A stretch of 64,000 nt of DNA from Chloroflexota bacterium (GTDB lineage Bacteria; Chloroflexota; Anaerolineae; B4-G1; SLSP01): positions 19,728-83,727 of the forward strand of contig JAIOAX010000010.1 in assembly GCA_019873645.1 (NCBI GenBank). The letters are read 5' to 3'. The notes below the pieces were generated by a model, which saw nothing but the letters and a program-made list of their open reading frames with translations, did no database searches and was not told the origin of the DNA. The translations under genes and the position numbers were made by a program. Shown one piece after another: positions 9,409 through 19,873 of this stretch; the stretch's first letter is position 1, and every line of letters starts with the position of its first letter.

Positions 9409-11995
9409 GTGAAACTATTATTCGCTGTGGCTATTCTGTTTTCGGTGATGACGTGTCTCCCGGCCTGCTCTTCGGCCACGGTAACGCCGCCTCCCACCTC
9501 AGACTCCGTCATACGCATCACTTTTCTGGCCGATACGGCTGTCTGGAACCATTATCGCCGCCTGGCCGAGATTTTCAACGCCCAGCAAGCTGCTGTCCAG
9601 GTCATTGTTCTAAACCCGGACGAGGCCGCGCCCGCGGCACAACCTCAAACTCCGGTGGAACGGTTGACGCAATTGGCCGCCTCCGCCGACGTCTTTTTGA
9701 GCGAGGCATTGGATCCCACCACCTTAGCCGCCAGCCGCGCCGTACAGAATGTGCAGCCTTTTCTGCAAACCGACGGCAATTTCAATCTCACCGATGTATA
9801 CACAGGCCTCTTGCCGCTGATGCAGTCCACTGCCGGCGTATGGGGTATCCCTGTGACCGTGCGCCCCTGGCTGATCTTCTACAACGCATCTTTGTTCGAT
9901 GCCGCCGGTCTCCCCTACCCTCAACCTGGATGGACGTTGGAAGATTTTTTGACCGCCGTTCAGACCCTGACCCGCCCTGACGCCGGTGTTTGGGGTTTCG
10001 CCGAGGCCGAGGCTTACCAGAGCGTCGAAGCCTTTGCACTGGCGTCTGGGAGCGCGTGGGTGGATGACCAGGCGCGCCCCATGTATACCGACGCGCAGTT
10101 GGAGGCAGCCGTCCGGTGGTACATGGAACTGGCGACGGTTTACCATGTCATGCCTGGCCCGGATTCGGCAGACGCACCGGGTAAAGGCGGACTACGTTTG
10201 GCGCAGCTGGATCGCGCGGGAATGTGGGCCGGAACGCCCGGTTTTGCCCTCGACGCGGATGTCGGCGTAGCGCCCTTCCCAGGCAGCTCACAGGGACGGG
10301 CCTTAGTGGAGATTGAAGCCGCTTACATCAGTGCGGGCAGTTCCAATCCGACAGCCACCTGGGAATGGGTCATATTTCTGACCCACCAGCTTCCGCCGAC
10401 AGGACGTTTGCCGGTGCGACAATCCGTCTATACCGAATCTTATCGCCGAACTCTCTCACCGGCGACCGAGGCCGTCTACCGGCACATTCTGGAACGCCTG
10501 ACGCCGACAGCGCGGCGCTACCCCTGGTTTCGCGCTTCGTGGGCCTGGTATGTGACTGAAGGCGTGCCGGCTATCTTGCGCAAGGAAACCACCCTCTCGA
10601 TGGCTCTGGAAGCTGCCTTAAACCATGCCTTAGCGGCGCAGGGACTTCCCTCTGTGACAACCAACACGCCGGTTGCTCTGACCCCACCGCCTCCCACGCA
10701 ACCCGGCGTTATTTATCTGAAGAGCCGCATCACCGGTATGCAATGGAGCGAACATGACTTACTGGCGCAACGCCTCCGGCAGCAATTTTACGAAAAACAC
10801 ACTGGCGTCCAGCTTGATTTCGTCGCGGTGCATATTCAGGGAACCGAAACCCTGACCGAGGTAGCTGCCAGCGCCGATGTCGTCCCCGTCTATCCTGGCT
10901 ATGCGCTTCAATCAGATATGTATTTCCTGGATCTAATGCCGTTTATAACTGCCGACGCAACTTTTGCCGAAGACGATTTCTACCCTGTGACGCTGGCCGT
11001 CTATCGTCATCGAGGAAAACAGTGGGGATTGCCGAGCACTGTAGATGCTACCTTGCTTTTTTACAACCGGGAGTTATTCGATGCTGCCGGTGTGGCTTAC
11101 CCACAGGCGGGGTGGACATGGGAAGATCTCCGGACCGCTGCGCAACAGCTCAGCTATGGTGAGGTTCCACAGCGGCAATGGGGGCTGGTCACCCTGAATA
11201 CGGGATGGCTGACGCTGCCACTCCTGCTCGCCGCGCAGCGCGGCGGCGCCCTGGTGGACAACCCGACCGCCCCTACAGCGCCCACGTTGGATGATCCGCG
11301 CCTGGCCGAAGCTGCGCGTTGGTTCCAGAATCTGGCTTACCAGGATCAGACGCTGGCGCCTCCCGCGTTTGATATGGGGGGTTTTTATGGATGGGGAAGC
11401 GTTATACTGTAACCATCAGGCAGCTATGTGGATTGCCAATGAGACTGCCGTGCAAACCTGGAAGGACTGTGATATTGCTCTGGGGATCGCGCCGGTGCCG
11501 GTGGATGGGCAGCCGGTAACGTTTTACACCATTTTTGGGCACGCCATTCCCAAGACCTCTTCCCATCCGCAGCTTGCCTGGGAGTGGCTTTCCTTCGCTA
11601 CCCATCAATCCCAACTCTGGCTAGGTATGCCGGCGCGCCGTTCATTGCTGGCGCGTGTCGAGATAACGAAATTTCCCCAAGACCCGGAGATGCAAATAGC
11701 CCTGCGGAAAGCTTACCAGGAAACCTTGAGCGTTTACCAATCCGCCGATGCGCTCCTGTTAGGGGTATCGCCCTGGGGCGACGTGCTGGAACGGCTGTAC
11801 GCGTAAGCGCTGCGTCAAAGCTGGACAACACGCGAGGACCCGGCCGAGCTTCTGCCGCTGGCGCAGGCCGCCGCACAAGCGTATGTCGCCTGTCTGGGAG
11901 ACGCTACCGATGACGTCCAGCACGCTGCCGCTTGTGAAACCCAGGCCGGCGTCCCCTCGTGGTTTGCGCTTTTTAACATCCCCGGCCAACCCTGA
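9409..11995 (+). pseudogene. Tandem two-domain sugar-type ABC solute-binding lipoprotein, with frameshift and premature stop
   Basis: Lipobox-like LPAC. Two SBP_bac_1-like repeats (IFYNASLFDAAGLPYPQPGWT and LFYNRELFDAAGVAYPQAGWT). Frame switches near the G6/T5 run at ~11376-11386. TAA at 11804-11806 is followed by plausible in-frame coding sequence to TGA 11995. Confidence 0.7.
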
Positions 11996-12104
11996 GACAA
12001 AGACTGTAGACATTTCTCTTTTTACGCTATAATAGCCGCTGCTGAGTTCTTCCTTGCGAAGGTCAACGGACACCTTCGCCAGGTTGTTGTTAGAGAGATG
12101 AAAA

Positions 12105-12947
12105 GTGAAACCAGGTCTTGTGGCAACTGATATTGACGGTACATTGGCGAACGATCAGGGTGTGTTATCCGACTTCACCGTGGCTGTGTTGCGGCAAGTC
12201 TTGGATCGCGGCGTGCCTGTGGTTCTCGTGACCGGGCTGAACCCATGGCCCACGCGCCGTTATGTTGAACAGATCGGCCACGGCGTCCGTGCCATCACGC
12301 TCAATGGCATCTTTCTGCTCGAAGACGGCGAGGTTCACGAGGGATTCCTGGTTGATCCGGCAGTGGCACGCGCGGCGGCAGAGTACATCGTGGCTCAAGG
12401 CTATGTTCCGCTGGTTTACGGCGTGGATGGCGTCAGCCGCTATCTGCCGGTAGATGGCAGTATGGCCGAGGTCGCGTGGCTCATTGCGCAGCGTCCCTAC
12501 CAGCCTTACCGGGCCGTCGAGTCCATAGACGCGCTCTTTGCCGTGCGCCCGGCGCAGGTCTCGGTTTGTGATCATGATGCGCGTGTGGCCGAATTGTATC
12601 CTTCCTTGACCGCAGCCTTCGGCGACCGGGCTTACGTCGTCTACGCGCCGGGGCGGCGCGCCTGGGTTGAAGTGAATCATCCGCAGGCGCGCAAAGATGT
12701 GGCATTGCTGGCGCTGGCGGCGCGTTTGGGCATTGCACCCGAGGCGATCGTCTATTTTGGCGACAGCCTCAACGACTTGGTGGTTTTCCGTGCGTTGCCC
12801 CATAGCGTGGCCGTCGAAAACGCCCGCCCTGAAGTCAAAGCGCTGGCGTGGCGGATCGCGCCTTCGAATAACGCCGATGGCGTCGCGCGGATGGTGGCGG
12901 AGTTATTGGGAATTGAGGTCGTTGACAAATCCGATATTTTGTTGTAG
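12105..12947 (+). CDS. Cof-type HAD-IIB hydrolase
   Basis: ATDIDGTL motif I, K motif III, FGDSLND motif IV, N.ADGVA. Confidence 0.88.
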   Translation: MKPGLVATDIDGTLANDQGVLSDFTVAVLRQVLDRGVPVVLVTGLNPWPTRRYVEQIGHGVRAITLNGIFLLEDGEVHEGFLVDPAVARAAAEYIVAQGYVPLVYGVDGVSRYLPVDGSMAEVAWLIAQRPYQPYRAVESIDALFAVRPAQVSVCDHDARVAELYPSLTAAFGDRAYVVYAPGRRAWVEVNHPQARKDVALLALAARLGIAPEAIVYFGDSLNDLVVFRALPHSVAVENARPEVKALAWRIAPSNNADGVARMVAELLGIEVVDKSDILL

Positions 12948-12983
12948 CATATTTGTAGACCAACTGAAGCACAGAGGTGTACT

Positions 12984-13239
12984 ATGGAATTTGTCACCGT
13001 GCGCGATCTCAGAATTCGCTCGGCAGAGATATGGGAAAAATTGCGCGAACAGGGTGAATTGGTGTTGACCAACAACGGCAAACCCATCACTATCCTCAGT
13101 GGTGTCGAGCAGAACTCTGTCGAAGAGGTTCTGGGCATGGTGCGGCGCGCGCGCGCAGGCTGCCGTCTCGCGGCTGCGTCAGGCGGCGGCGCAGACCGGC
13201 GTTGAGCAACTCTCGCTTGATGATGTGAATGTCGAATGA
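12984..13239 (+). pseudogene. Phd/YefM-type antitoxin, frameshifted and truncated
   Basis: MEFVTVRDLR...ELVLTNNGKP N-terminus. The frame slips in a GC dinucleotide run (~13145-13157) into QAAVSRLRQAAAQTG...SLDDVNVE, and ends where a repeat element begins. Confidence 0.65.
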
Positions 13240-13408
13240 AAAAACTAAAAATCTCACTACGGAGTCGCAGAGGGCACAAAGATTTTTATGTCGGATTCAA
13301 TAAGATTAAGTCTTTCGCGTTTGAGTAATAATTTATTGATTTAAACTTGAATTTTCTTCGGCATTCTTTGCGTCTCTGCGGTGAATTGGACTTTTTTCAG
13401 GAGAGTCA
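13237..13408. mobile_element. MITE-like palindromic element, family A, copy 1 (left end truncated)
   Basis: Highly similar to 55084-55266; AT-rich core; right end ...CTCTGCGGTGAATT(G/A)GACTTTTTTCAGGAGAGTCA. Confidence 0.7.
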
Positions 13409-13432
13409 TGAACATGGTACAGGATAACCATC

Positions 13433-13464
13433 GAAACGCCGTCCCCAAGTGGGACGGCGTTTTA
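13433..13464. terminator. Intrinsic terminator downstream of pheT (probably bidirectional)
   Basis: AAACGCCGTCCC-CAAGT-GGGACGGCGTTTT hairpin. Confidence 0.7.
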
Positions 13465-13481
13465 TGTAAGGATTGACAAAG

Positions 13482-16055
13482 TCACGCGCCGCGCACTGTG
13501 GCGTTGAGTTGCTTTTGCACCAGCTTGATGATGCGCTCGCGCAATTTGGCGACGTCGTGCTCATCCAGTGGCTTGCCTGGGGATTGATATGTCAGCGCGA
13601 AGGCCAGGCTCTTGCGCCCCGCGCCGATTTGTTCGCCCCGATAGACATCGAACAACAATGCCTGCGTGACCAGCGGGCGCCCCGCCTCCAGAATGGCGCG
13701 CTGGACTGTGGCGGCCGGCAGGTTCTCATCCACGATCAGAGCCAGGTCCTCGTAGACCGGCGGATAATTGGAGATTGCCCCGATCTTTTTCTCCGCATCG
13801 GCCTGGCGCGCGGCCGCAAGCAGCGCATCCACATCCCACTCCAACAGGGCGACCGGCTGCTCCGGCAGGTCGAACGCCTCGCGCACCAGTGGATGCACTT
13901 CCCCGACGAATCCAAGTGCACGCTCGGCGACCGTCACAGCAGCGCAGCGCCCCGGATGGAACGTCGGATGTTGCCCCTTGACCCATTGCGCCTTATCGTC
14001 CAATGCCAGCGCGCTTAAGAGCGCGTCCGCGATGCCTTTAAGATCGAAGTAGTCCATCATCTCGCGATCGGTCGGCGCAAACCAGCGCTCCTGGCGTGGA
14101 CCGGTCAGTAAAATACACAGGCGGCGCGGTTCGTCTACGCCGGTATCGGCGGTCTCGGTGTTCGGCTCACGCATGGCGTAGTAGATGCGTCCGATCTCGA
14201 AAATGGCAATGCGTTCCAGGAAACGCAGATTGCTCCAGGCGGTGCGCAAGGCACCGGGCAAGAGTGTGCGCCGCATTTGTGACCGTTCCGGTGCGAGGTA
14301 GTTCTGCAATGGCACCCGCTCTCCGGGTAGCTCCGGCGTCATTTGAGGATCGGGGTGCAGTCGCGCTTCGTCTTCAGGATCAATCAGGGAATAGGTGATC
14401 ACCTCATCCAGTCCCAGCCGCGTCAGGATGTCGCGGAGGCGTTCTTCCTCTTCCAGGGCTATGTTACGGCGCAGGGGCGGCAGTTCTTCCTCAATGAGCG
14501 TGACCGGGAATCTGTCGTAGCCCCAGACACGCCCGATGTCCTCCACCAGGTCTACCGGCAAACTCACATCCAGGCGGTAAGCGGGCACGGTCACGCGCCA
14601 TACATCCTCGTGTTCCCGCTGCCCCGGCTTGGGGAGATTCTCGGTAGTCTCCACGTGGAATTCCAGGGCGGTCAGAATACGCAATTGCTCCTCCGGCGAG
14701 ATGTTCAGCCCCAGGATGCGGTCGGCGAGCGCCGGGCTGTAGTGGATAACGCGTGGCGTTGGCTTGCCGGGGTACAGGTCACCGGCGACCGTATCCACAC
14801 GGGCACCCGCGAGTTGCGCCATCAACTCGGCGGCGCGCGCCGCTGCTACCAGGGCCAGTTCCGAATCCACCCGCTTGCCGAAGCGCGAACCGGCTTCGGT
14901 GGCGAGTTTGAGCATCTGACAGGTGCGGCGGATGTTGATGAAGTTGAAACTTGCGGCTTCCAGGAGGATGTCACGGGTATCCTCTTTTACTTCACTGTCC
15001 AGCCCGCCCATCACGCCGGCGATGCCGACCGGGCCGCCGCCGTCGGTGATAAGCAACATCTCGCCATCGAAGGTACGCCGCTCGCCGTCCAGCGTGGTCA
15101 TCTGTTCACCTGCGGCGGCGCGGCGCACGATGATGGTGGGTTTATCCGTGCCCGGACGCGGGCGGATTCTGGCGTAGTCGAAGGCGTGCAGCGGCTGACC
15201 CAATTCGAGCATGACATAGTTGGTGATGTCCACCACATTGTTGATGGGGCGCATACCGGCACGTTTAAGGCGCAGTTGCATCCATAGTGGCGACGGGCCG
15301 ATGTGCACATCGCGGATCATGGTGGCGGTATAGCGGGGGCACAGATCGGGATCGGCAATTTCCAGGGCGGCGAAGTCGGGCTGGGCTACCACGCTCAAGC
15401 CGAGACGCTGTACTGCTTCGATGGGCGTGCGTTTGAGCGGCCGGCGGAAGATGGCGGCGACCTCACGGGCGATGCCGTAGACCGATTGCAGGTGTCCGAA
15501 CGGCCCCTTGATCTCGAAATCCAGGATGTAGTCGCCGAGCACTTCCACCAGCGGCACGCCGACGGGCGTATCCTCGGGCAGGTAGATGATGTCCGTTTGC
15601 TCTTCGGCGAGACCCAACTCTTTCTCCGAGCACACCATCGCCCGTGAGGGGACCCCGCGGATTTTGGTGGGCTTGAGTTTGGCCTGCACCCAGCCCTCTT
15701 TGTGCCCGTCGTAAAGCGTTGCCCCTTCCCAGGCGAAGGCCACCTTGAGGTGCAGGCCGCTCTCGCCCTTGCGCTCGTACAGGCTCGGCGCCCCGGTCAC
15801 GACGATTTCCGTCTCCGCGCCGCCGTAGTTCACCTCGGCCAGCACCAGCCGGTCGGCATCGGGATGTGGACGCACGGCGAGCACCTCGGCGGTGACAATT
15901 TTCTGCGGGTCCCAGGGCAATTCGGCCTCCGGGTAGCCGATGGCCTCGATAGCCTCGACTTCCAGCCCCGCCAGGTCCAGCCGCGCGCGCAGGTCCGCGA
16001 TGGGGATGTCTTGGATATTCACATAATCGTTTAGCCAGGATAGTGGTATTTTCAT
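13482..16055 (-). CDS. pheT: Phenylalanine--tRNA ligase beta subunit
   Basis: MKIPLSWL, HPDADRL, RPINNVVDITNYVMLELGQPLHAFD, FDVYRGEQIG..RKSLAF motifs; downstream of pheS. Confidence 0.96.
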   Translation of the reverse strand: MKIPLSWLNDYVNIQDIPIADLRARLDLAGLEVEAIEAIGYPEAELPWDPQKIVTAEVLAVRPHPDADRLVLAEVNYGGAETEIVVTGAPSLYERKGESGLHLKVAFAWEGATLYDGHKEGWVQAKLKPTKIRGVPSRAMVCSEKELGLAEEQTDIIYLPEDTPVGVPLVEVLGDYILDFEIKGPFGHLQSVYGIAREVAAIFRRPLKRTPIEAVQRLGLSVVAQPDFAALEIADPDLCPRYTATMIRDVHIGPSPLWMQLRLKRAGMRPINNVVDITNYVMLELGQPLHAFDYARIRPRPGTDKPTIIVRRAAAGEQMTTLDGERRTFDGEMLLITDGGGPVGIAGVMGGLDSEVKEDTRDILLEAASFNFINIRRTCQMLKLATEAGSRFGKRVDSELALVAAARAAELMAQLAGARVDTVAGDLYPGKPTPRVIHYSPALADRILGLNISPEEQLRILTALEFHVETTENLPKPGQREHEDVWRVTVPAYRLDVSLPVDLVEDIGRVWGYDRFPVTLIEEELPPLRRNIALEEEERLRDILTRLGLDEVITYSLIDPEDEARLHPDPQMTPELPGERVPLQNYLAPERSQMRRTLLPGALRTAWSNLRFLERIAIFEIGRIYYAMREPNTETADTGVDEPRRLCILLTGPRQERWFAPTDREMMDYFDLKGIADALLSALALDDKAQWVKGQHPTFHPGRCAAVTVAERALGFVGEVHPLVREAFDLPEQPVALLEWDVDALLAAARQADAEKKIGAISNYPPVYEDLALIVDENLPAATVQRAILEAGRPLVTQALLFDVYRGEQIGAGRKSLAFALTYQSPGKPLDEHDVAKLRERIIKLVQKQLNATVRGA

Positions 16056-16555
16056 TGTGCACCTCTTTGATAAGGGATTAGGGACTGGGGATTGGTGAAG
16101 ATGTCATCGTTGTTGGATTCCCACTCATAAATCGAGGACATTTCTCGGAGTCTGCCGCCGGGCAATTCTCCACCCCGTTTATTTCGCTTGAGATAGGCGA
16201 CATAACCATTCAGGGTACGATGGGCAACTTCTATCAACGCTACTCCTTCGTCGTAAATAGAGCGTGGGATATAGTTCAAATCAAATGCTGTGACAAGGTG
16301 GTTGTAAGTCTCTACTAGAGAGCCACGCGCGATATAGCAAAATCGTATCGTCTCCTGGTAATAAAATCGGCCATACCCTTCCGCTGTGTTTGCCATTACG
16401 CTCTTTGATGCCCGCCGTATTTGCAAACTCAGGTCCCATTTTTCATCAGCAGGCAGAGCGGGGATAATCTGCTTGTGAACAAAAATCATTATTTCTCGCG
16501 CCTTTTGCCATGCCACAAGTGTGTCTAACCCCCGGTGAATTTCTTCTGTTTCCAT
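16052..16555 (-). CDS. Four-helix-bundle protein (23S rRNA IVP/bAvd-like family)
   Basis: L.AWQKA...LP.DEKWDL..QIRRASKSVMAN.AEGYGR...F.YIARGSL.E motif. Confidence 0.88.
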   Translation of the reverse strand: METEEIHRGLDTLVAWQKAREIMIFVHKQIIPALPADEKWDLSLQIRRASKSVMANTAEGYGRFYYQETIRFCYIARGSLVETYNHLVTAFDLNYIPRSIYDEGVALIEVAHRTLNGYVAYLKRNKRGGELPGGRLREMSSIYEWESNNDDIFTNPQSLIPYQRGAQ

Positions 16556-16599
16556 CGCCTTGTCCCCCTCCCTAATTCCCAATCCCTAATCCCTGACTA

Positions 16600-17646
16600 C
16601 TAAAACTGCCGCAAAAACCGCAAGTCATTCCCGTAGAAATAACGAATGTCGCTCACGTTGTATTTCAACATCGCCGGACGTTCAACGCCGAAGCCGAAGG
16701 CGAAGCCGCTCCATTCGTCGGGATCGTAGCCGCCGTTCTTGAGTACGACGGGATGCACCATTCCCGCGCCGGCGATCTCCAACCAGCCGGTGTATTTGCA
16801 CACCCGGCAGCCTTTGCCGCCGCAGAGGATGCAGTCCATATCCATCTCGATGCTCGGTTCGGTGAAGGGGAAGTATGAGCTACGCACGCGCATCTTGTGC
16901 CCTGGCCCGTAGAACATCGCCGCAAATTGGGTCAGCGTGCCGATGAGGTCGGTCATGGTGATGCGTTTCCCGACTGCCAGCCCTTCCACTTGATAGAATT
17001 GGTGCTCGCTGCGCGCGGTGATCTGCTCATAGCGGTAGCACTTCCCGGGCAGGATCACGCGGATCGGTTCGGGATAACGCTCACGCATGGCGCGCATCTG
17101 CCCCGGCGACGTGTGGGTGCGTAAGAGCAAGCGCGTCGGACTGTTATGGATTTGCTGCATCCAGAACGTGTCCCACATATCGCGCGCCGGATGGTACTCC
17201 GGGATGTTGAGCAGGTCGAAGTTGTAACTTTCCAGCTCCACATCCGGCGCGTCATAGACCTCGAATCCCATACGCGCGAAGATGGTGTAAATCTGGCGCA
17301 GCGTTTGGGTGGTCAGGTGCAGGTGTCCCAGAGGGACCGGGCGACCCGGCAGGGTCACATCTACCGCGCCGGCTTCCAGCTCGCGAGTCAACTCGGCTTG
17401 CTTGATGGCCTCGGCGCGCGCGGCATAGGCGGCTTCGAGTGCCTGTTTGATCTCGTTGACGCGCTTGCCGAACGCCGGGCGTTCTTCCGCCGGCAGTTGC
17501 CCGACCGAGCGCACCTGCAACGTGATCGCCCCTTTGCGCCCCAATGTGTCGGCGTACCAGGCTTCAAGGGCACTCGTATCTCCGGCGGCCTCCAGCGCGG
17601 CCTGAGCTGTTTGATAGGCTTGTTCCAGTGTTGCGAATAGGTTCAT
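16600..17646 (-). CDS. pheS: Phenylalanine--tRNA ligase alpha subunit
   Basis: HPARDMWDTF, LLRTHTSPGQ, FYQVEGL, YFPFTEPS, GMVHP, GFAFGFGVER motifs. Confidence 0.97.
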   Translation of the reverse strand: MNLFATLEQAYQTAQAALEAAGDTSALEAWYADTLGRKGAITLQVRSVGQLPAEERPAFGKRVNEIKQALEAAYAARAEAIKQAELTRELEAGAVDVTLPGRPVPLGHLHLTTQTLRQIYTIFARMGFEVYDAPDVELESYNFDLLNIPEYHPARDMWDTFWMQQIHNSPTRLLLRTHTSPGQMRAMRERYPEPIRVILPGKCYRYEQITARSEHQFYQVEGLAVGKRITMTDLIGTLTQFAAMFYGPGHKMRVRSSYFPFTEPSIEMDMDCILCGGKGCRVCKYTGWLEIAGAGMVHPVVLKNGGYDPDEWSGFAFGFGVERPAMLKYNVSDIRYFYGNDLRFLRQF

Positions 17647-17757
17647 TGTCTCCTCCAGGTGAGAAATGGGTAATGAGTAACGAGTAATCGGTGGTTGGTA
17701 ATCAGGGATTGCTGTGCTGTGGCCCTCATCACTGTTTACTCATTACTCGTTACCGAT

Positions 17758-18050
17758 TCAAACAAAACGCTCCCGTCCCTTGCCAGGACGAGAGCGCGTG
17801 ACTCCCGTGGTACCACCTCGCTTGCCCTGTAGGTACAGGGCCTCTTTTTTCCACAGCCATGATGAACGTGCACCTGGCGATGGATAGCCCTCATAACGCT
17901 GGGCATGCGGAGCCGCCTACTGGGGATGACCTGTTCAGCGGTCGGCTCAGGGGCGAACTTCGGCAGGTTTTCGCTGGACGGAACTTTCAGTCTATGGTTC
18001 CATCTCCCTGGCAGTTTGCGCCTGCTTACTTTTCCCCGTCACTGCCTTTA
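17758..18050 (-). promoter_or_regulatory. T-box riboswitch (Phe specifier) with terminator
   Basis: Minus strand: AGTA, AGGGGAG and GACTGAAAG boxes; specifier GAAG-UUC (Phe); T-box AGGTGGTACCACG; terminator CGCTCTCGTCC...GGGACGGGAGCGTTTTGTTT before pheS. Confidence 0.9.
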
Positions 18051-18078
18051 TTTATTTAGGACAGACTACAGTAACCTT

Positions 18079-18106
18079 ATTATCACCAGGAGGGCCAAAT
18101 TGTCAA
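18079..18106 (-). promoter_or_regulatory. Sigma70-like promoter for the pheST leader
   Basis: TTGACA-16nt-GATAAT on the minus strand just upstream of the T-box. The -35 overlaps the response regulator stop codon. Confidence 0.55.
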
Positions 18107-18483
18107 GCCTGCGATGGCTCTCGCGGTGTTCCCATACGTTCGGCCATCATACGGAGCTGCACGAAGCTGATTGGCTTAAGTAGGATGAGATCCGCCTCGC
18201 TGTGGAGCATATCGGCCATACCGGCGTCGGCCGTGGCCACAATGACACGGGTACGTTCAAGCCGTGTATCACCACGAATTTGCGTCAGCAACTGATCGCC
18301 GTCCACATGCGGGAGGTTGAGGTCCAGGACGACCACATCGGGACAGACTTCGTTGAGCCGTCGGCGGGCGACGGCGCCATCGTAGATGATTTCGGTTTGA
18401 AAGCTGGCGGCTTTGAGCGCCTCGGAGAAAATCGTCGCCAGATCCTCATCGTCCTCGATAATCAAAGCAAATTTTTTACTCAT
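18103..18483 (-). CDS. Single-domain response regulator (CheY-like)
   Basis: ALIIEDD, VLDLNLP (phospho-Asp), TA and KP motifs. Start overlaps the kinase 3' end. Confidence 0.9.
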   Translation of the reverse strand: MSKKFALIIEDDEDLATIFSEALKAASFQTEIIYDGAVARRRLNEVCPDVVVLDLNLPHVDGDQLLTQIRGDTRLERTRVIVATADAGMADMLHSEADLILLKPISFVQLRMMAERMGTPREPSQA

Positions 18484-19873
18484 GGTGTACCTCTCCCTTA
18501 GCCTGGTTAGTGTTTTTTTGCGGTGGGACAATCGGAATCTTCACCGTGAACGTGCTGCCGGCCCCGAGTTCGCTGACGACGCTCACGCTCCCCCCCATAA
18601 GTGTAGCCAATTGCTTGACAATGGAAAGTCCCAGTCCAAAACCGGTATGTTCCCGCGTTGACGACGTATCGGCTTGCCAGAAAGGCTCGAAGATGGAGGT
18701 CTGCGCCTCTTTAGGAATGCCCGGTCCGGTATCAGTCACGTCAAAGGCCCAATAATCGGTATCAGGACAGTAAAAATGGATGCTAATGCCGCCTTTTTCG
18801 GTGAATTTCATTGCGTTATTGACGAGGTTGACGAGAATCTGATACAAGCGTCTGCGGTCGCCTTCCAAAACAGCCGGCACCGCGGGCGAGGCGTGAACCT
18901 TAAGGAACAGTTTCTTTGTTTCCACCAGTATGCGCATGGTAGATTCCAGATCGTCAACCAGGTCCTGGATGGTAAACGGCTCGATGTGCAAAGAAATCTG
19001 GCCGGCCTCGATGCGCGCCTGATCCAGCAAGTCATTGACGAGATCGAGCAGGCGTTTGTCGTTGGTGGCAATGCGCTCCAGAGCGGCGTCTTGCCTGGAG
19101 GTAATCATCCCGTAGTTGCCGCTGCGCATGATTTCGGTGAATCCCAGAATGGCGTTGAGCGGTGTGCGCAGCTCGTGGGAGACAATGGAGAGGAAGCGTG
19201 ACTTGAGCCGATCCAGCTCCTGGAGTTTTTGGTAGGCGCGGGTCAGTTGTTCGTTGGCCTGTTGTAGTTCATGGGTGCGCTGCTCTACACGTGCCTCCAG
19301 TTCCACGTTGAACGCACGCACCTCGGCCAGCGCCCCTTCCAGGCTGCGCGTCGAGAGCCAGGCGACGAAGGCGATGGTGAAGAAGCCCAGGATGGTGGGG
19401 ACGGGGGGCGCTCCTTGAGCATAATCCGGCAAAGTGAGCATAGCAATAATGCTTATTACAACACCGCATACGCCCGCCGCCACAAAACTGGCCCACGGCC
19501 GCAGGATAACGCTGGACATCAGGATGGGGATGGTGAAGAGGAACAGCGCACGGCCTTCGACGACCTGGCGGGGTGCATCGGCAAAGGCGAAGGCACCCGT
19601 TAGCAGTAACACAAACGCTGAACTAGCTATCCAGCCGGACCAACGGCGATTGATAAGAAAAATAATAAGTATGCTTGCTAGCAGCCCGAGAATAACAGGC
19701 ACGAGTCTCTTTACATCTTCTAAGATAGCTAATCCCAGAAAGAAAGCAATTATAATACCAAATAATGTGAGTAATAGTAACGAGGCTGTTCCAAACAGGA
19801 GTATATTCAGCATTTGGCGACGGCGAATGTCTTCTGGATCTGTAGTAGAAACCGCTAATAGTTCAGCTAACAT
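18476..19873 (-). CDS. Membrane-bound sensor histidine kinase (multi-TM input domain, HisKA, HATPase)
   Basis: About six hydrophobic segments in the first ~180 aa, then a coiled coil, SHELRTPLNAI, NLVNNAMKF, DTGPGI and GFGLGL. Confidence 0.93.
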   Translation of the reverse strand: MLAELLAVSTTDPEDIRRRQMLNILLFGTASLLLLTLFGIIIAFFLGLAILEDVKRLVPVILGLLASILIIFLINRRWSGWIASSAFVLLLTGAFAFADAPRQVVEGRALFLFTIPILMSSVILRPWASFVAAGVCGVVISIIAMLTLPDYAQGAPPVPTILGFFTIAFVAWLSTRSLEGALAEVRAFNVELEARVEQRTHELQQANEQLTRAYQKLQELDRLKSRFLSIVSHELRTPLNAILGFTEIMRSGNYGMITSRQDAALERIATNDKRLLDLVNDLLDQARIEAGQISLHIEPFTIQDLVDDLESTMRILVETKKLFLKVHASPAVPAVLEGDRRRLYQILVNLVNNAMKFTEKGGISIHFYCPDTDYWAFDVTDTGPGIPKEAQTSIFEPFWQADTSSTREHTGFGLGLSIVKQLATLMGGSVSVVSELGAGSTFTVKIPIVPPQKNTNQAKGEVHHE

